DNA from: Amoeboradix gromovi X-113
Taxonomy: Eukaryota > Fungi > Sanchytriomycota
DNA: 22,708 nt
Assembly: GCA_018985225.1 (NCBI GenBank)
Contig: JADGIF010000080.1
Span: 1 to 22,708, forward strand
Reading direction: 5' to 3'
Under the pieces are notes generated by a model. The model was not told the DNA's origin, made no database searches, and worked only from the letters and a program-made list of their open reading frames with translations. The translations under genes and the position numbers were made by a program. Position 1 is the stretch's first letter, and each line of letters starts with the position of its first letter. Below are positions 1 through 8,997 of this stretch, piece by piece.

Positions 1-1671
1 TAACCCTGCATCGTCAACTTTCACTATGAAATCTATCAATCCCAAGTCATCTGGTCTGCTAATTGGCGAGTAAAATCGTGTCAGTCCTCTGTATGTCAAC
101 GACACATATTGCCCTGGCTTACATCCTGTTTGACTTTTGGTGGTTGGCAAATCGAATCTGAAGAGTTTTATAGACGAGCCCAGATCGTACTTGGATCGTA
201 ATTTGATCTTGTTGCTAAAACTGTTGTTGAGCGCGATATTAATTGTACTCGCTCTCTTACCTGCTAGTCTACCGAATACTACGCATTCCAACAAAGAATT
301 ACCTGCTAACCTGTTCTGCCCGTGCACTTTAGAAGTAGTTTCACCAGCAGCATATAGTCCTACCATTGGTATTTCGATATCGCCATCGCTTCTCTTTTTA
401 ATAGTTAGTACCTCACCCATCTCATTGATCTTTAAACCACCCATGGAATAATGAATTACAGGTGTTATGCTGGCAAGATACCACACAGAACTACTGTCAG
501 CCACAGTGCTAGGATATATTGAATCCTCAAATTTATTGGCAGCTGAATACTTAAGATTACTGACTATTGCACTTGCATCAATGGATGAAGTTACATTGAT
601 ATCATGATTTAGCTGCAAATAGCCAGCTATTTCATCAAATGACGAGTATTTGATAAAGAGTCCTTTTTTTAAATAAAACTCAAAAGTCGCTACATCGTAT
701 GTCGCAACAGCAGATTCACTCATTAAAAGATAGGCCGATTTGCAATGTTTGAATATTGCTTCTGTTACTACATCTCTTGATCGCAATTCATTTACAAATC
801 TATTACCCAATTCGTTCACCAATAAGCCACCGCTGCCTCGCAATGCTTCAGGACACAGAAATTTAGTATTTTCGCCATTGCTAAAACCTGTTGGGTGTAC
901 CTGAATAAACTCCATATCAGCTATTATAGCACCATGAGAATGTGCTATTTTTATACCTTCACCCAATGCGAAATTACCATTTGTAGTAGGCAATTTAGTA
1001 AGCTGAGGGCAGTATTTTTGTAAATAACCGTTATAATCGTGACAGTATCCTCCAGTGGCCAAAACTACAGCGTCAGAGCGGATATCTAAAGAGTTATTGA
1101 TTTGAACACCTACAATAGCTGAATCAGTAACTAACAAATTTGTGAGTGTAGAGTTGAACCTAAACTCAATCGAGCCGTAGCCTGGATTGGATTTTTTGGA
1201 TTGCTCGGACAAAATGTATTGTTTTAATGCTGTGATAATGGAATATCCAATATTGCTGGGTTTATCGGTAGGGGCTTGGCGGTGTGTACGAGCTACGGAA
1301 TGACCGCCACACCGAGATATCTTAGATAAAGTAAGATTGAAAGACTCTAAAAATTGAAGAGCAGATTTGGATTGAGAGACAAGTGTCTGCACAAGCAAAG
1401 GATCATTGAGATTGTGGCCACTTTTCATAGTATCATTGTAAAATAAATCATAAGTATCTATGATGTTATTAGACACCTGGTACTGGGAGAGAGCATTTAT
1501 ACCCGAACTTGCCTTACAGCTGTTGCCATACAATCCAGCTTGTTTCTCGACCAAAGTAACATTCGCACCGTTGCGATATGCTTCAATGCTAGCTGATAAG
1601 CCAGCTAAGCCACCACCAACAACTATAACATGTGTCATAAAAGAGTTGGGGAACTTCGTAATTTGTAGCAT
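1..1671 (-). CDS. Soluble FAD-dependent fumarate reductase (Osm1/Frd1, flavocytochrome-c-like) fused to a C-terminal cytochrome b5 reductase-type FAD-binding domain; 3'-partial
   Basis: Not in the ORF track because there is no stop in the window. Manual translation from ATG 1671 (or 1638) gives VIVVGGGLAGL (Rossmann fold), GNSCKASSGINA, FIQVHPTG, EALRGSGG, IHYSMGG and GLYAAGE..VHGQNRLAGNSLLECVVFGR. It continues in frame into FRFDLP..GCKPGQYV..RFYSPISRPDDLGLIDFIVK at the window edge. Confidence 0.92.
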   Translation of the reverse strand, partial: MLQITKFPNSFMTHVIVVGGGLAGLSASIEAYRNGANVTLVEKQAGLYGNSCKASSGINALSQYQVSNNIIDTYDLFYNDTMKSGHNLNDPLLVQTLVSQSKSALQFLESFNLTLSKISRCGGHSVARTHRQAPTDKPSNIGYSIITALKQYILSEQSKKSNPGYGSIEFRFNSTLTNLLVTDSAIVGVQINNSLDIRSDAVVLATGGYCHDYNGYLQKYCPQLTKLPTTNGNFALGEGIKIAHSHGAIIADMEFIQVHPTGFSNGENTKFLCPEALRGSGGLLVNELGNRFVNELRSRDVVTEAIFKHCKSAYLLMSESAVATYDVATFEFYLKKGLFIKYSSFDEIAGYLQLNHDINVTSSIDASAIVSNLKYSAANKFEDSIYPSTVADSSSVWYLASITPVIHYSMGGLKINEMGEVLTIKKRSDGDIEIPMVGLYAAGETTSKVHGQNRLAGNSLLECVVFGRLAGKRASTINIALNNSFSNKIKLRSKYDLGSSIKLFRFDLPTTKSQTGCKPGQYVSLTYRGLTRFYSPISRPDDLGLIDFIVKVDDAGL

Positions 1672-1822
1672 GTAAGATCGGTTTTAGTCCGAAGGGAGTA
1701 ACTAGTTAGGATTAGTCATTGGCAGTCATGAAATCAGCTTATTGCGATTCTATTACTTAATTGAGAATTCCTTTTATATTTTTATAAACATCTCTCCCAT
1801 TGATATTTCAAAACAACAAAAA

Positions 1823-2872
1823 ATGATTCCTTCTAAAGTTTATTACAACCTCGGACTGATTGTAGTTATAGCTGTGGTTTACTTTTACATTCCAATTCTA
1901 CATACAGCATGTGTATTTCTGCTTGGAATTTCAACATGGAACATCTATGAGGGATTGCAGATAAAACCAAAGAATCCGAAAATACAAATGACACCATATA
2001 ACAAGCGATCGGCAGAATCAGTCACTTCATCCAAATGGTCAGATTCTCTTCCGCCGTTAACTCCAATTTCACCTTTGCAAAAACAAAGTACCCCAACACC
2101 CTTGAGCCATACAAATACACCGCTGAATAAGATATTTGAGAAGGCAAAGCACTCTACAAGTAACACTATCCAGAAGTATCCAGTTACGATAAAGGAAGAT
2201 CAGGTTCATCTCATGAAGTCATGGATTGTAAACAAAATTCTCAGACCATTTGTGAAGGATTTGAAGTTAGTAAACCTTGTATATCCAATTGATTCAATGA
2301 TAGAACATCCGAATAAATCTATTCCTTTTGTTCCAATCGATGATCCTCTAATTGAATGCCAGGAACTACCCCAACTTCATCTAGATAACAAATGGGCATT
2401 GAAGCGATTTACTTACGAGATGTTTCTGCAGGTACCTGGTACAGATCAAAGTGGAGTAGCTAGAAAGTACTTAATAAACCGTATTAAGGAATTAGCTCAA
2501 CATTCACATCTCATAAACTACTGCACAGATTCTAAATCAATTCTGCATTTTCAGCCTACATTTGCTACGGATGGACAGATAGTATTGCATTTCGTAGACG
2601 TCTTTCTCAAGATAAATGCCCCTTACCATTCCCAGTCCATCTTACAGTTTATATGCTGTATGAACAGATTACCAGATGAGTATCATTTTAATAGCAATAG
2701 AACTTTGTACAAGCTAGATGAAAAGGACAGTCTTATGAAAGCTCTGGTTGCATTTGTTTTGTATATTGAAGAAGAATGCGGTGGATACTTTGGATTGTTA
2801 AATTTACACACCCCAATGGTTAATGTCCCGCATTTAAAAAGTAAGATAGAGGTCGGTGAGATTGAGCAATAA
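1823..2872 (+). CDS. TMEM209-like (CytochromB561_N family) nuclear envelope membrane protein
   Basis: Two N-terminal hydrophobic segments and an S/T/P-rich linker, then motifs recalling TMEM209: MKSWIVNKILRPFV, RKYLINRIKELAQ, TDGQIVLHFV and LVAFVLYIEEECGGYFGLLNL. First ATG is at 1823; the track start at 1742 is not an ATG. Confidence 0.7.
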   Translation: MIPSKVYYNLGLIVVIAVVYFYIPILHTACVFLLGISTWNIYEGLQIKPKNPKIQMTPYNKRSAESVTSSKWSDSLPPLTPISPLQKQSTPTPLSHTNTPLNKIFEKAKHSTSNTIQKYPVTIKEDQVHLMKSWIVNKILRPFVKDLKLVNLVYPIDSMIEHPNKSIPFVPIDDPLIECQELPQLHLDNKWALKRFTYEMFLQVPGTDQSGVARKYLINRIKELAQHSHLINYCTDSKSILHFQPTFATDGQIVLHFVDVFLKINAPYHSQSILQFICCMNRLPDEYHFNSNRTLYKLDEKDSLMKALVAFVLYIEEECGGYFGLLNLHTPMVNVPHLKSKIEVGEIEQ

Positions 2873-3360
2873 ACAAACTAATAAATTGTTTCAAATAACT
2901 AAAAGCCTTGATAGCAAATCCTTCTTTAGTTTGGTTCTGGCCCTACTGAAAGTTAAAAAGTTTACTTTATCAACATCCTTGAAGTAAATTTATGCTGAAA
3001 GCATTGTGAAAGCTCTTCATTTTAGCATTTTGCTTACCGAGTCCGTGGCACGGGAGCAGTAACAATCACATTAATTGTGTTAGCATTGCTTTTCGTATGA
3101 CGCCTTGCACATGGTGGAATTGAAGCGTTTTGTTGATAATTTTTAATCTTGAATGGAATTGAGATGCTCTTTTCAAACCGAGTACTTATAGAGCTCAGGT
3201 TATATGTTCTCATCATAGGATGATATAAATTGAGAGGATCCAACTGAACAGAGCATGAGATAGCACAATCTTTGACAGGCTTATAATTTGCATCCTCTCG
3301 AGATAATTGGTGATAAAAACTTAATGTATCGTTTGCAATTTTAATATTTTTGAAGCAGAA

Positions 3361-4101
3361 ATGACAAAATTCAGACCATGCATTGATTTACATGACGGCA
3401 AGGTAAAGCAAATCATCGGATCCACATTGATGGACAGCAGTATGGAAACCAACTATATAGCAGATAAACCCAGCACGCACTATGCAGAACTGTATCGTAA
3501 GTACAAACTGACAGGAGGGCACTGCATAATGCTTGGGCCCAACAACGAGAAATCGTGTATGGAAGCAATCAGAGTGCACCCGATGCAGGTAGGTGGAGGT
3601 ATAGACATAGACAATTGCATAGGTTGGATAAGCAGCGGTGCAACACATGTAATAGTGACTTCGTACTTATTTGAGAACGGAGTATTTGAACTGAACAGGC
3701 TAGTAAAAATGGCAAGTCTCATAGGAAAGGATAGGATAGTCGTAGATCTGAGCTGCAAATTGATAAACAACGAATATCGTGTAGCAATAAACAAGTGGCA
3801 GACCATAACTGACCTGGTGTTGAGCAGAGAAGTGATCAAGGAAATCGAGCAGCATTGCGATGAACTGCTGGTACATGCTACCCATGTAGAAGGCAAGCAA
3901 TCTGGAATGGACTTTGAACTGATAAGATGCCTAGCTGAGTGGTGTGATATACCAGTCACATACGCAGGCGGAGCTAGAAGCATAGAGGATATAGACAAAT
4001 GCAAGCAGATATCAAAAGGTAAAGTGGATGTGACAATCGGAAGCGCGTTGGATATATTCGGAGGAAAATTGAGTTTTGAGGCAGTTGCAAATTATAGTTA
4101 G
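3361..4101 (+). CDS. HIS6: ProFAR isomerase, eukaryotic His6 type (histidine biosynthesis)
   Basis: MTKFRPCIDLHDGKVKQIIG, GGHCIMLG, MQVGGGI, HVIVTSYLF, VVDLSC, LVHATHVEG, VTYAGG and VTIGSALDIFGG all match fungal/plant His6. Confidence 0.96.
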   Translation: MTKFRPCIDLHDGKVKQIIGSTLMDSSMETNYIADKPSTHYAELYRKYKLTGGHCIMLGPNNEKSCMEAIRVHPMQVGGGIDIDNCIGWISSGATHVIVTSYLFENGVFELNRLVKMASLIGKDRIVVDLSCKLINNEYRVAINKWQTITDLVLSREVIKEIEQHCDELLVHATHVEGKQSGMDFELIRCLAEWCDIPVTYAGGARSIEDIDKCKQISKGKVDVTIGSALDIFGGKLSFEAVANYS

Positions 4102-4271
4102 AGGATTCTTTATATTTGATATTTATTACTAATACCATTGAGATTTTGGCCGCATGTTTTACTTGCTGCTTGCAAGTATGTGAAGTGTAAATTACACCGA
4201 AATACTAAGCCTTTAGAAAACTTATTGCCGGGTTTATAATTATGTATTTGATATAATTAAAACTATTTACT

Positions 4272-5013
4272 TTAAAGTTCTTCAATTTTGTCTCCTTCCT
4301 CGGATTTCTCCTTCTTTTCTGCTTTCTTATCATCACTCTTCTTCTTGTCCTTTGAATGAGCCTTGTGCCAGTTCATACCATCATCTAATTTGATCATCTT
4401 CTCACCCTCTTTAAAGGGTTTAATTTTAATCTCTCCACATTCCTTGATAATAATTGGTTTGATTGGAGCATCTTTGTGGTCAGTTTTAGTTTTCTCCATC
4501 TTACGCACAACGTCCATACCTTCGACAACTTTACCGAATACTACATGTTTCTTATTCAGCCACGGTGTTGCCACGGTAGTGATAAAGAATTGACTACCAT
4601 TGGTGTCCTTCCCCGCATTAGCCATACTTAAATAACCTATATTACAATGACTTACCTGGATCTTTGTGAGTTAACTTGAAGTTTTCATCCTTAAATTTCT
4701 CACCATAGATAGATTTACCACCAGTTCCGTCACCTTTAGTAAAATCACCGCCTTGTAACATGAAATCAGGAATAATTCGATGAAACTTGCTACCTTGATA
4801 ACCCACACCCTTTTCCCCATCAATTTCAGTACCGTACGCTAAATCTACAAAATTTTTGACAGTTTTTGGAACGGTTTTACCGTATAAGCCAACCAAGATT
4901 CGACCGAGTTTCTTATCTTCTTGTGCAATGTCAAAATAAACTAGCTGAGTCATAACTGGCCCCTTGCCTTTATTGGTAGCGAATATCAAAGCAATCAAAA
5001 GAAATACCAACAT
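4272..5013 (-). CDS. PPIB: ER cyclophilin B-type peptidyl-prolyl isomerase; 2 exons (5013-4656, 4636-4272), about 240 aa
   Basis: Signal peptide, then [40 protein letters not shown], and [27 protein letters not shown]. Removing a 19-nt GT-AG intron restores [13 protein letters not shown]. Ends in IEEL, resembling an ER-retention signal. Confidence 0.95.
4637..4655 (-). other. 19-nt spliceosomal intron in the cyclophilin gene (GTAAGTCATTGTAATATAG)
   Basis: Canonical GTAAGT donor and TAG acceptor. Excision joins the two track ORFs with no gap in the conserved H.xPG.LSMANAG motif. The next AG (29 nt) would be out of frame. Confidence 0.9.
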
Positions 5014-5171
5014 AATACTGTTTCAAAAATATTTTACGCATCTTGCCATAAATAGTCTTAAGCCGTGGTGAAAATTGCCATGAGGTTGTTGGACCGTAAG
5101 TGCGAATAGCATAACGAAATATAGGATATTGGATGAATTTAATTTTTATAATTCTCCTCTTTACAATCACC

Positions 5172-6573
5172 ATGAACCCATCCGGCAACACTCTTACGAA
5201 TCCATGGACACAGCAAAAACAGCTAGAATTTAAAAAGCCTCAAGCTGTTGGTGTATGGGAAACTCTCCCGTCGATAACTATAGATATTAGTAACGAGAAA
5301 GGCGGTACCTTTATTAAACATACTAACTACGTCATATATGTAGATGACCAATCAATAATCCGCAGATATAGCGACTTTGATTTACTGAACTCGGAACTAC
5401 TTAAAAGATACCCTAGTAGACTGATGTTACAATTACCTCCAAAAAAGTTTAGCGGCAACAAAGAAACAGATTTTCTTATCCAACGCAAGCAGGGATTGTT
5501 AAGATACCTGCTGTTTGTTTATAGACATCCTATCATTAACAAGGATGATGTGTTAGCTGATTTTCTATCCTCACCAGTATTTTTAAAAAAAGATTGGATT
5601 CCAAGTATTGACAATGATGCTTTGGTGAAAAAGATTTTCCCACCAGTATATAGTATTTTTAGTAAGTATTCAATTTCTCCCCCTGAAGATCTTCATGTTA
5701 TTGACCTGGGTTGGCTATTTGAGTGGGAATCCTTGTCTCAAGTTGATGAAAACGCTCTAAACACATTGCTATTACGCCGCAGCACCTTTCTGCATAAACT
5801 TGAGGCAGCAATTATGACTTATCACCGTCTTAGTGTGTTGGCAGTCAAATTACAGCGTAAACACAAAGGTACCTCGCTTTAATTTAGTTTTGAATCAGGG
5901 AACCGAAATGCAAGAGATTATTGCCAAGATTACTTGCCTTGTGGAAGAAAAGCAAGACTTTATTCATTTGGACGAGAGAGTTGACAATATATCAGAGGTC
6001 GTTGAGTTGAATAGTGTTACTCACACGCCAATTACGAGCCCAAACCACTCTCAGGGCAGCAGCAAAAAGGAAATTAAACTACACAGCCACGAGGCTGAAG
6101 AAGTGCTTTTGAATCGTGACTCCTTTTTATCGCATTTTAAGACCTTGGGCACTAAGTTATATTTAATCCAGGATCATCATTTAGGCAACCAAATGATATA
6201 TTTTGAGTTTGTTCAGGCGCTAAAGATAAGAAGGGACATGCTGATGCATTTTAAAGAGCTGATCAAAACGCAGCAAAATCGATTTAAGCAAATAACAGGG
6301 AAAAAGAGCTCTTTAATAAAAGCTCAGGAATCAAATGTGAGTGTAGAGATCGTAGAGGATGACCTGAAAATCAAGGAATTTGAATTTGAACTAGAATTAA
6401 TACAGCATATAGTGGAGAGTGAATATCGACTGTTAATGGAATACACTGGACTAATCACATTTATCTTCCAGAATTTTATAAAATCAATGATGAACTATAC
6501 ACACCAGACTTACTTAATGTGGAATGACTTGAATGACAACATGAGTGAATGGCCAAGCGAGCATTTAATTTAA
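5172..6573 (+). CDS. MVP1: PX-BAR sorting nexin, Mvp1/SNX8-like; 2 exons (5172-5868, 5888-6573)
   Basis: PX domain: EKGGTFIKHTNYVI..RRYSDFDLL..LLKRYPSR...LPPK..FL.QRKQGL.RYL..V.RHP. A helical BAR-like C-terminus follows in a second overlapping ORF, and a short GT-AG intron joins the frames. Confidence 0.8.
5869..5887 (+). other. Probable 19-nt spliceosomal intron in the sorting nexin gene (GTACCTCGCTTTAATTTAG)
   Basis: AG|GT donor context. Excision gives RKHK-V-LNQGTEM, linking ORF 5133-5882 to ORF 5833-6573. Same length and TAATwTAG end as the cyclophilin intron. A 31-nt alternative from the GT at 5857 is also frame-compatible. Confidence 0.7.
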
Positions 6574-7079
6574 AAATAAATCTGGTAACAGATGCTCTTT
6601 TTCTTGTTTTACCTGAGTTACGATCTAAAACTACAAAGTCTTAAAACAAATATCTCAAGCAGGGCAAACAAGCATAAAAATCTCATGCTTTATTACCTTG
6701 CTCTATTCAGTAATTCCTAGTAAGAATTAAAGGTATATTTAATGCAGACTCACATCTTATCCCAGGTCTGCACCAGAGTCTTGTTCTTTTCACATACTAT
6801 AAACTTAGAAAGACACAGAAAGATACTTGCTATAACACCTATTTAGTTTCTAGCTTTTATGGTTCTTAAGCCACCTTTACCATGTGTGTACAACCTTTTT
6901 TCTCTAATGCTTAGTTCAAAGCCTCTGTTCTTACAGTAACTTCATGATGTGAAGTCTATAAACATTTCTGAACGCAAATTTGTATGTATCAGTGTTCACC
7001 AAGTTCATCACCTCTAACGTATGATAAGAACACGATCCAGCTCATAAATCAACAAATTTACTAAGTGATATGTTCTCAG

Positions 7080-8036
7080 TCAACTCATGAGTATATCATT
7101 CATCCATTGACGATTATCATTATTTAATAGTCTTTTTAATTCAGCCACTTCTCTATTGTACAAGTATTCTTTTTGTTTTACATTGGAAAGGTCTTTTTGT
7201 AAAATAGCAATCTTTTCATGAAGGTCTTGGACGAGATAATCATTACTTCGTATCTGCTTATCACTAAGCTTTTTCATTTCCTTGATTTCAAATGATTTAG
7301 AGAAGTTAACCTCATCAACTAGTTTTTGATGAACTTGTTTAAAATGATCTAGTTCTAGCCTCAGTTGGTTAACTTCGATTTCTTTGTTGCTAAGTTTCTT
7401 TTGCGTTTGCTTTACTAACTCAATTTTCTCTTCCAACAAACAGAATGTATCCTTAAGAGCATCTTTACTCATAGACAGTCTTTGGTCAAATCCTAGTTGC
7501 AACTGCTCATTAATTTGTCTGTATTGATGATGGGCCTCTTTTTGACGTTGAGTTTGATGAATTAGCGATTCCTTCTCTTGAATTAATTTGTGGTTTTCTT
7601 GAATCACCAATTTTAATTTTGACAAAATTTGTCCGGGATCTTCTGTATCCAATAAAGTGGACAATCCGACGATCAGTTTTAAATGGTCAATGTCTTTCTG
7701 TTTATCAACTGGCTTTTGGTGTGCTTCTTCAGATAATTTAGCTTCCAAGGTCTTACAAGTATTCTTCCAGTATTCCAAATCGTTCATGAGCGACTTTTCA
7801 TTCAAATTTGGCTTTTTTACAATGGTTTGGGCTACTGGTTCCTTGGTTTCTAGGCTTTTCGTCAAATTCTGAAATTCAACTTCTAATCTTTTGTAGTTTC
7901 CACTCAAAGAGTTATATTTAGCTTCTAGACTTTTGTATTTGTTGTTCTTGTCAGTGCTATCTTCCTTAATGACTAATAGATTGCTCTCTAGTTGTTTTAA
8001 AAGTTCAAATTGACGCGATGGACTTTTGACACTCAT
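7080..8036 (-). CDS. Coiled-coil protein of unknown function
   Basis: ORF over 300 aa, rich in K/E/L/Q with heptad character. Likely start is MSVKSPSRQ at 8036; an upstream ATG at 8120 is possible. Confidence 0.75.
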   Translation of the reverse strand: MSVKSPSRQFELLKQLESNLLVIKEDSTDKNNKYKSLEAKYNSLSGNYKRLEVEFQNLTKSLETKEPVAQTIVKKPNLNEKSLMNDLEYWKNTCKTLEAKLSEEAHQKPVDKQKDIDHLKLIVGLSTLLDTEDPGQILSKLKLVIQENHKLIQEKESLIHQTQRQKEAHHQYRQINEQLQLGFDQRLSMSKDALKDTFCLLEEKIELVKQTQKKLSNKEIEVNQLRLELDHFKQVHQKLVDEVNFSKSFEIKEMKKLSDKQIRSNDYLVQDLHEKIAILQKDLSNVKQKEYLYNREVAELKRLLNNDNRQWMNDILMS

Positions 8037-8764
8037 TTGTAATGAAACTTGAAATCGTAAGAAATTTATTATTTTACAGTCTAAATTAGTTTGGTAGTCA
8101 GTAACATGGTATGCTATCATCGATACGGTTCAGTAGCAGAACTGATCAATCTTTCAATATTGACTTACCTAGATCAAAATAAACTCCATGGAATTTTAAG
8201 CAGCTATTCGCGCTAATTTAAAATTGAATCTATCTAATATCTCAACGAATCCACTTGTCTAAATTAATAACTTTGTCTCAGAAACAAACACTAACATATC
8301 TTCATTATTCTGAGTGAGCTGAGTGTAATCGTCTTCAAAATTAAACTTACCTTAAAACAAAAATTAAGCAGTTTAGGATGGACAAGTACTAGAAATGATT
8401 TCCTCAATAGCAACAATTTGCCCCGAGAAACTCACGTAGACAGCGAATAAGCTACAGTTCTTGCTCAAACTTCCGGTGCCCTAAGACGGGATTCAATTAG
8501 CATGCATACAATTACGTGTTTCTTGTTGTAATAAAATTGTTATCCCGCTTCCAAATGACAATTGATAGAGGTATAAGCTTCAAGTTGCTTTCTATTATAG
8601 TATTACACTTTGTAACCGTTTGACTGGTAAATAGTTAATTACATTCCAAGTGCCGGCAATGTATTTCACCGTTTTGATTACTAATTTCAAGGAGCGTTCC
8701 TCTTTTTAACCTTTGCCGCAACTACAGGTGAGAATCATATACTGACGTGGCTGCGCGTCACTAA

Positions 8765-8845
8765 GACTGGATGGCGGAGTGGTTATCGCGGCAGCCTGCT
8801 AAGCTGTTTCCTTCGGGAGCAGGAGTTCGAATCTCCTTTCAGTCG
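8765..8845 (+). tRNA. tRNA-Ser(GCT), intronless
   Basis: Acceptor stem GACTGGA/TTCAGTC with discriminator G, D-arm TGGCGGAGTGGTTATCGC (A box), anticodon arm GCAGC-CT-GCT-AA-GCTGT, long variable arm TTCCTTCGGGAG, T-arm AGGAG-TTCGAAT-CTCCT. Confidence 0.96.
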
Positions 8846-8854
8846 TTTCGTTTT
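8846..8854 (+). terminator. Likely Pol III terminator T-tract (TTTCGTTTT)
   Basis: T-runs immediately 3' of the tRNA; the longest is only T4. Confidence 0.45.
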
Positions 8855-8997
8855 CACTAGTCATATTTACCTGTACAAATCAAGTTTTTAAATCATAGGA
8901 AATTCAGTGACATTTTGAACTCATTAATATTCAAGCAGTTTGTTCATATCTTAATAAATGCTTTTTGTAATGTAGAATTAAAAATAAACTAGTTCAT

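Noticed and set aside
137-1675. Plus-strand ORFs 137-451 and 1460-1675
   Set aside because: Antisense shadows of the minus-strand fumarate reductase.
3034-3243. 69-aa minus-strand ORF between the TMEM209-like gene and HIS6
   Set aside because: Non-ATG start, no recognisable motif or signal; cannot be supported as a gene.
3388-4593. ORFs antisense to HIS6 and cyclophilin (3388-3648, 3480-4004, 3700-3900, 4363-4593)
   Set aside because: They overlap well-conserved genes on the opposite strand and have no independent features.
8151-8352. Two ACTTACCT motifs (U1 snRNA 5'-end-like), which on the minus strand read as 18-nt GTAAGT...AAG mini-introns
   Set aside because: No U1 stem-loops or Sm site follow on the plus strand, and the surrounding minus-strand frames contain stops, so no spliced gene could be built. 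Worth rechecking with RNA-seq.
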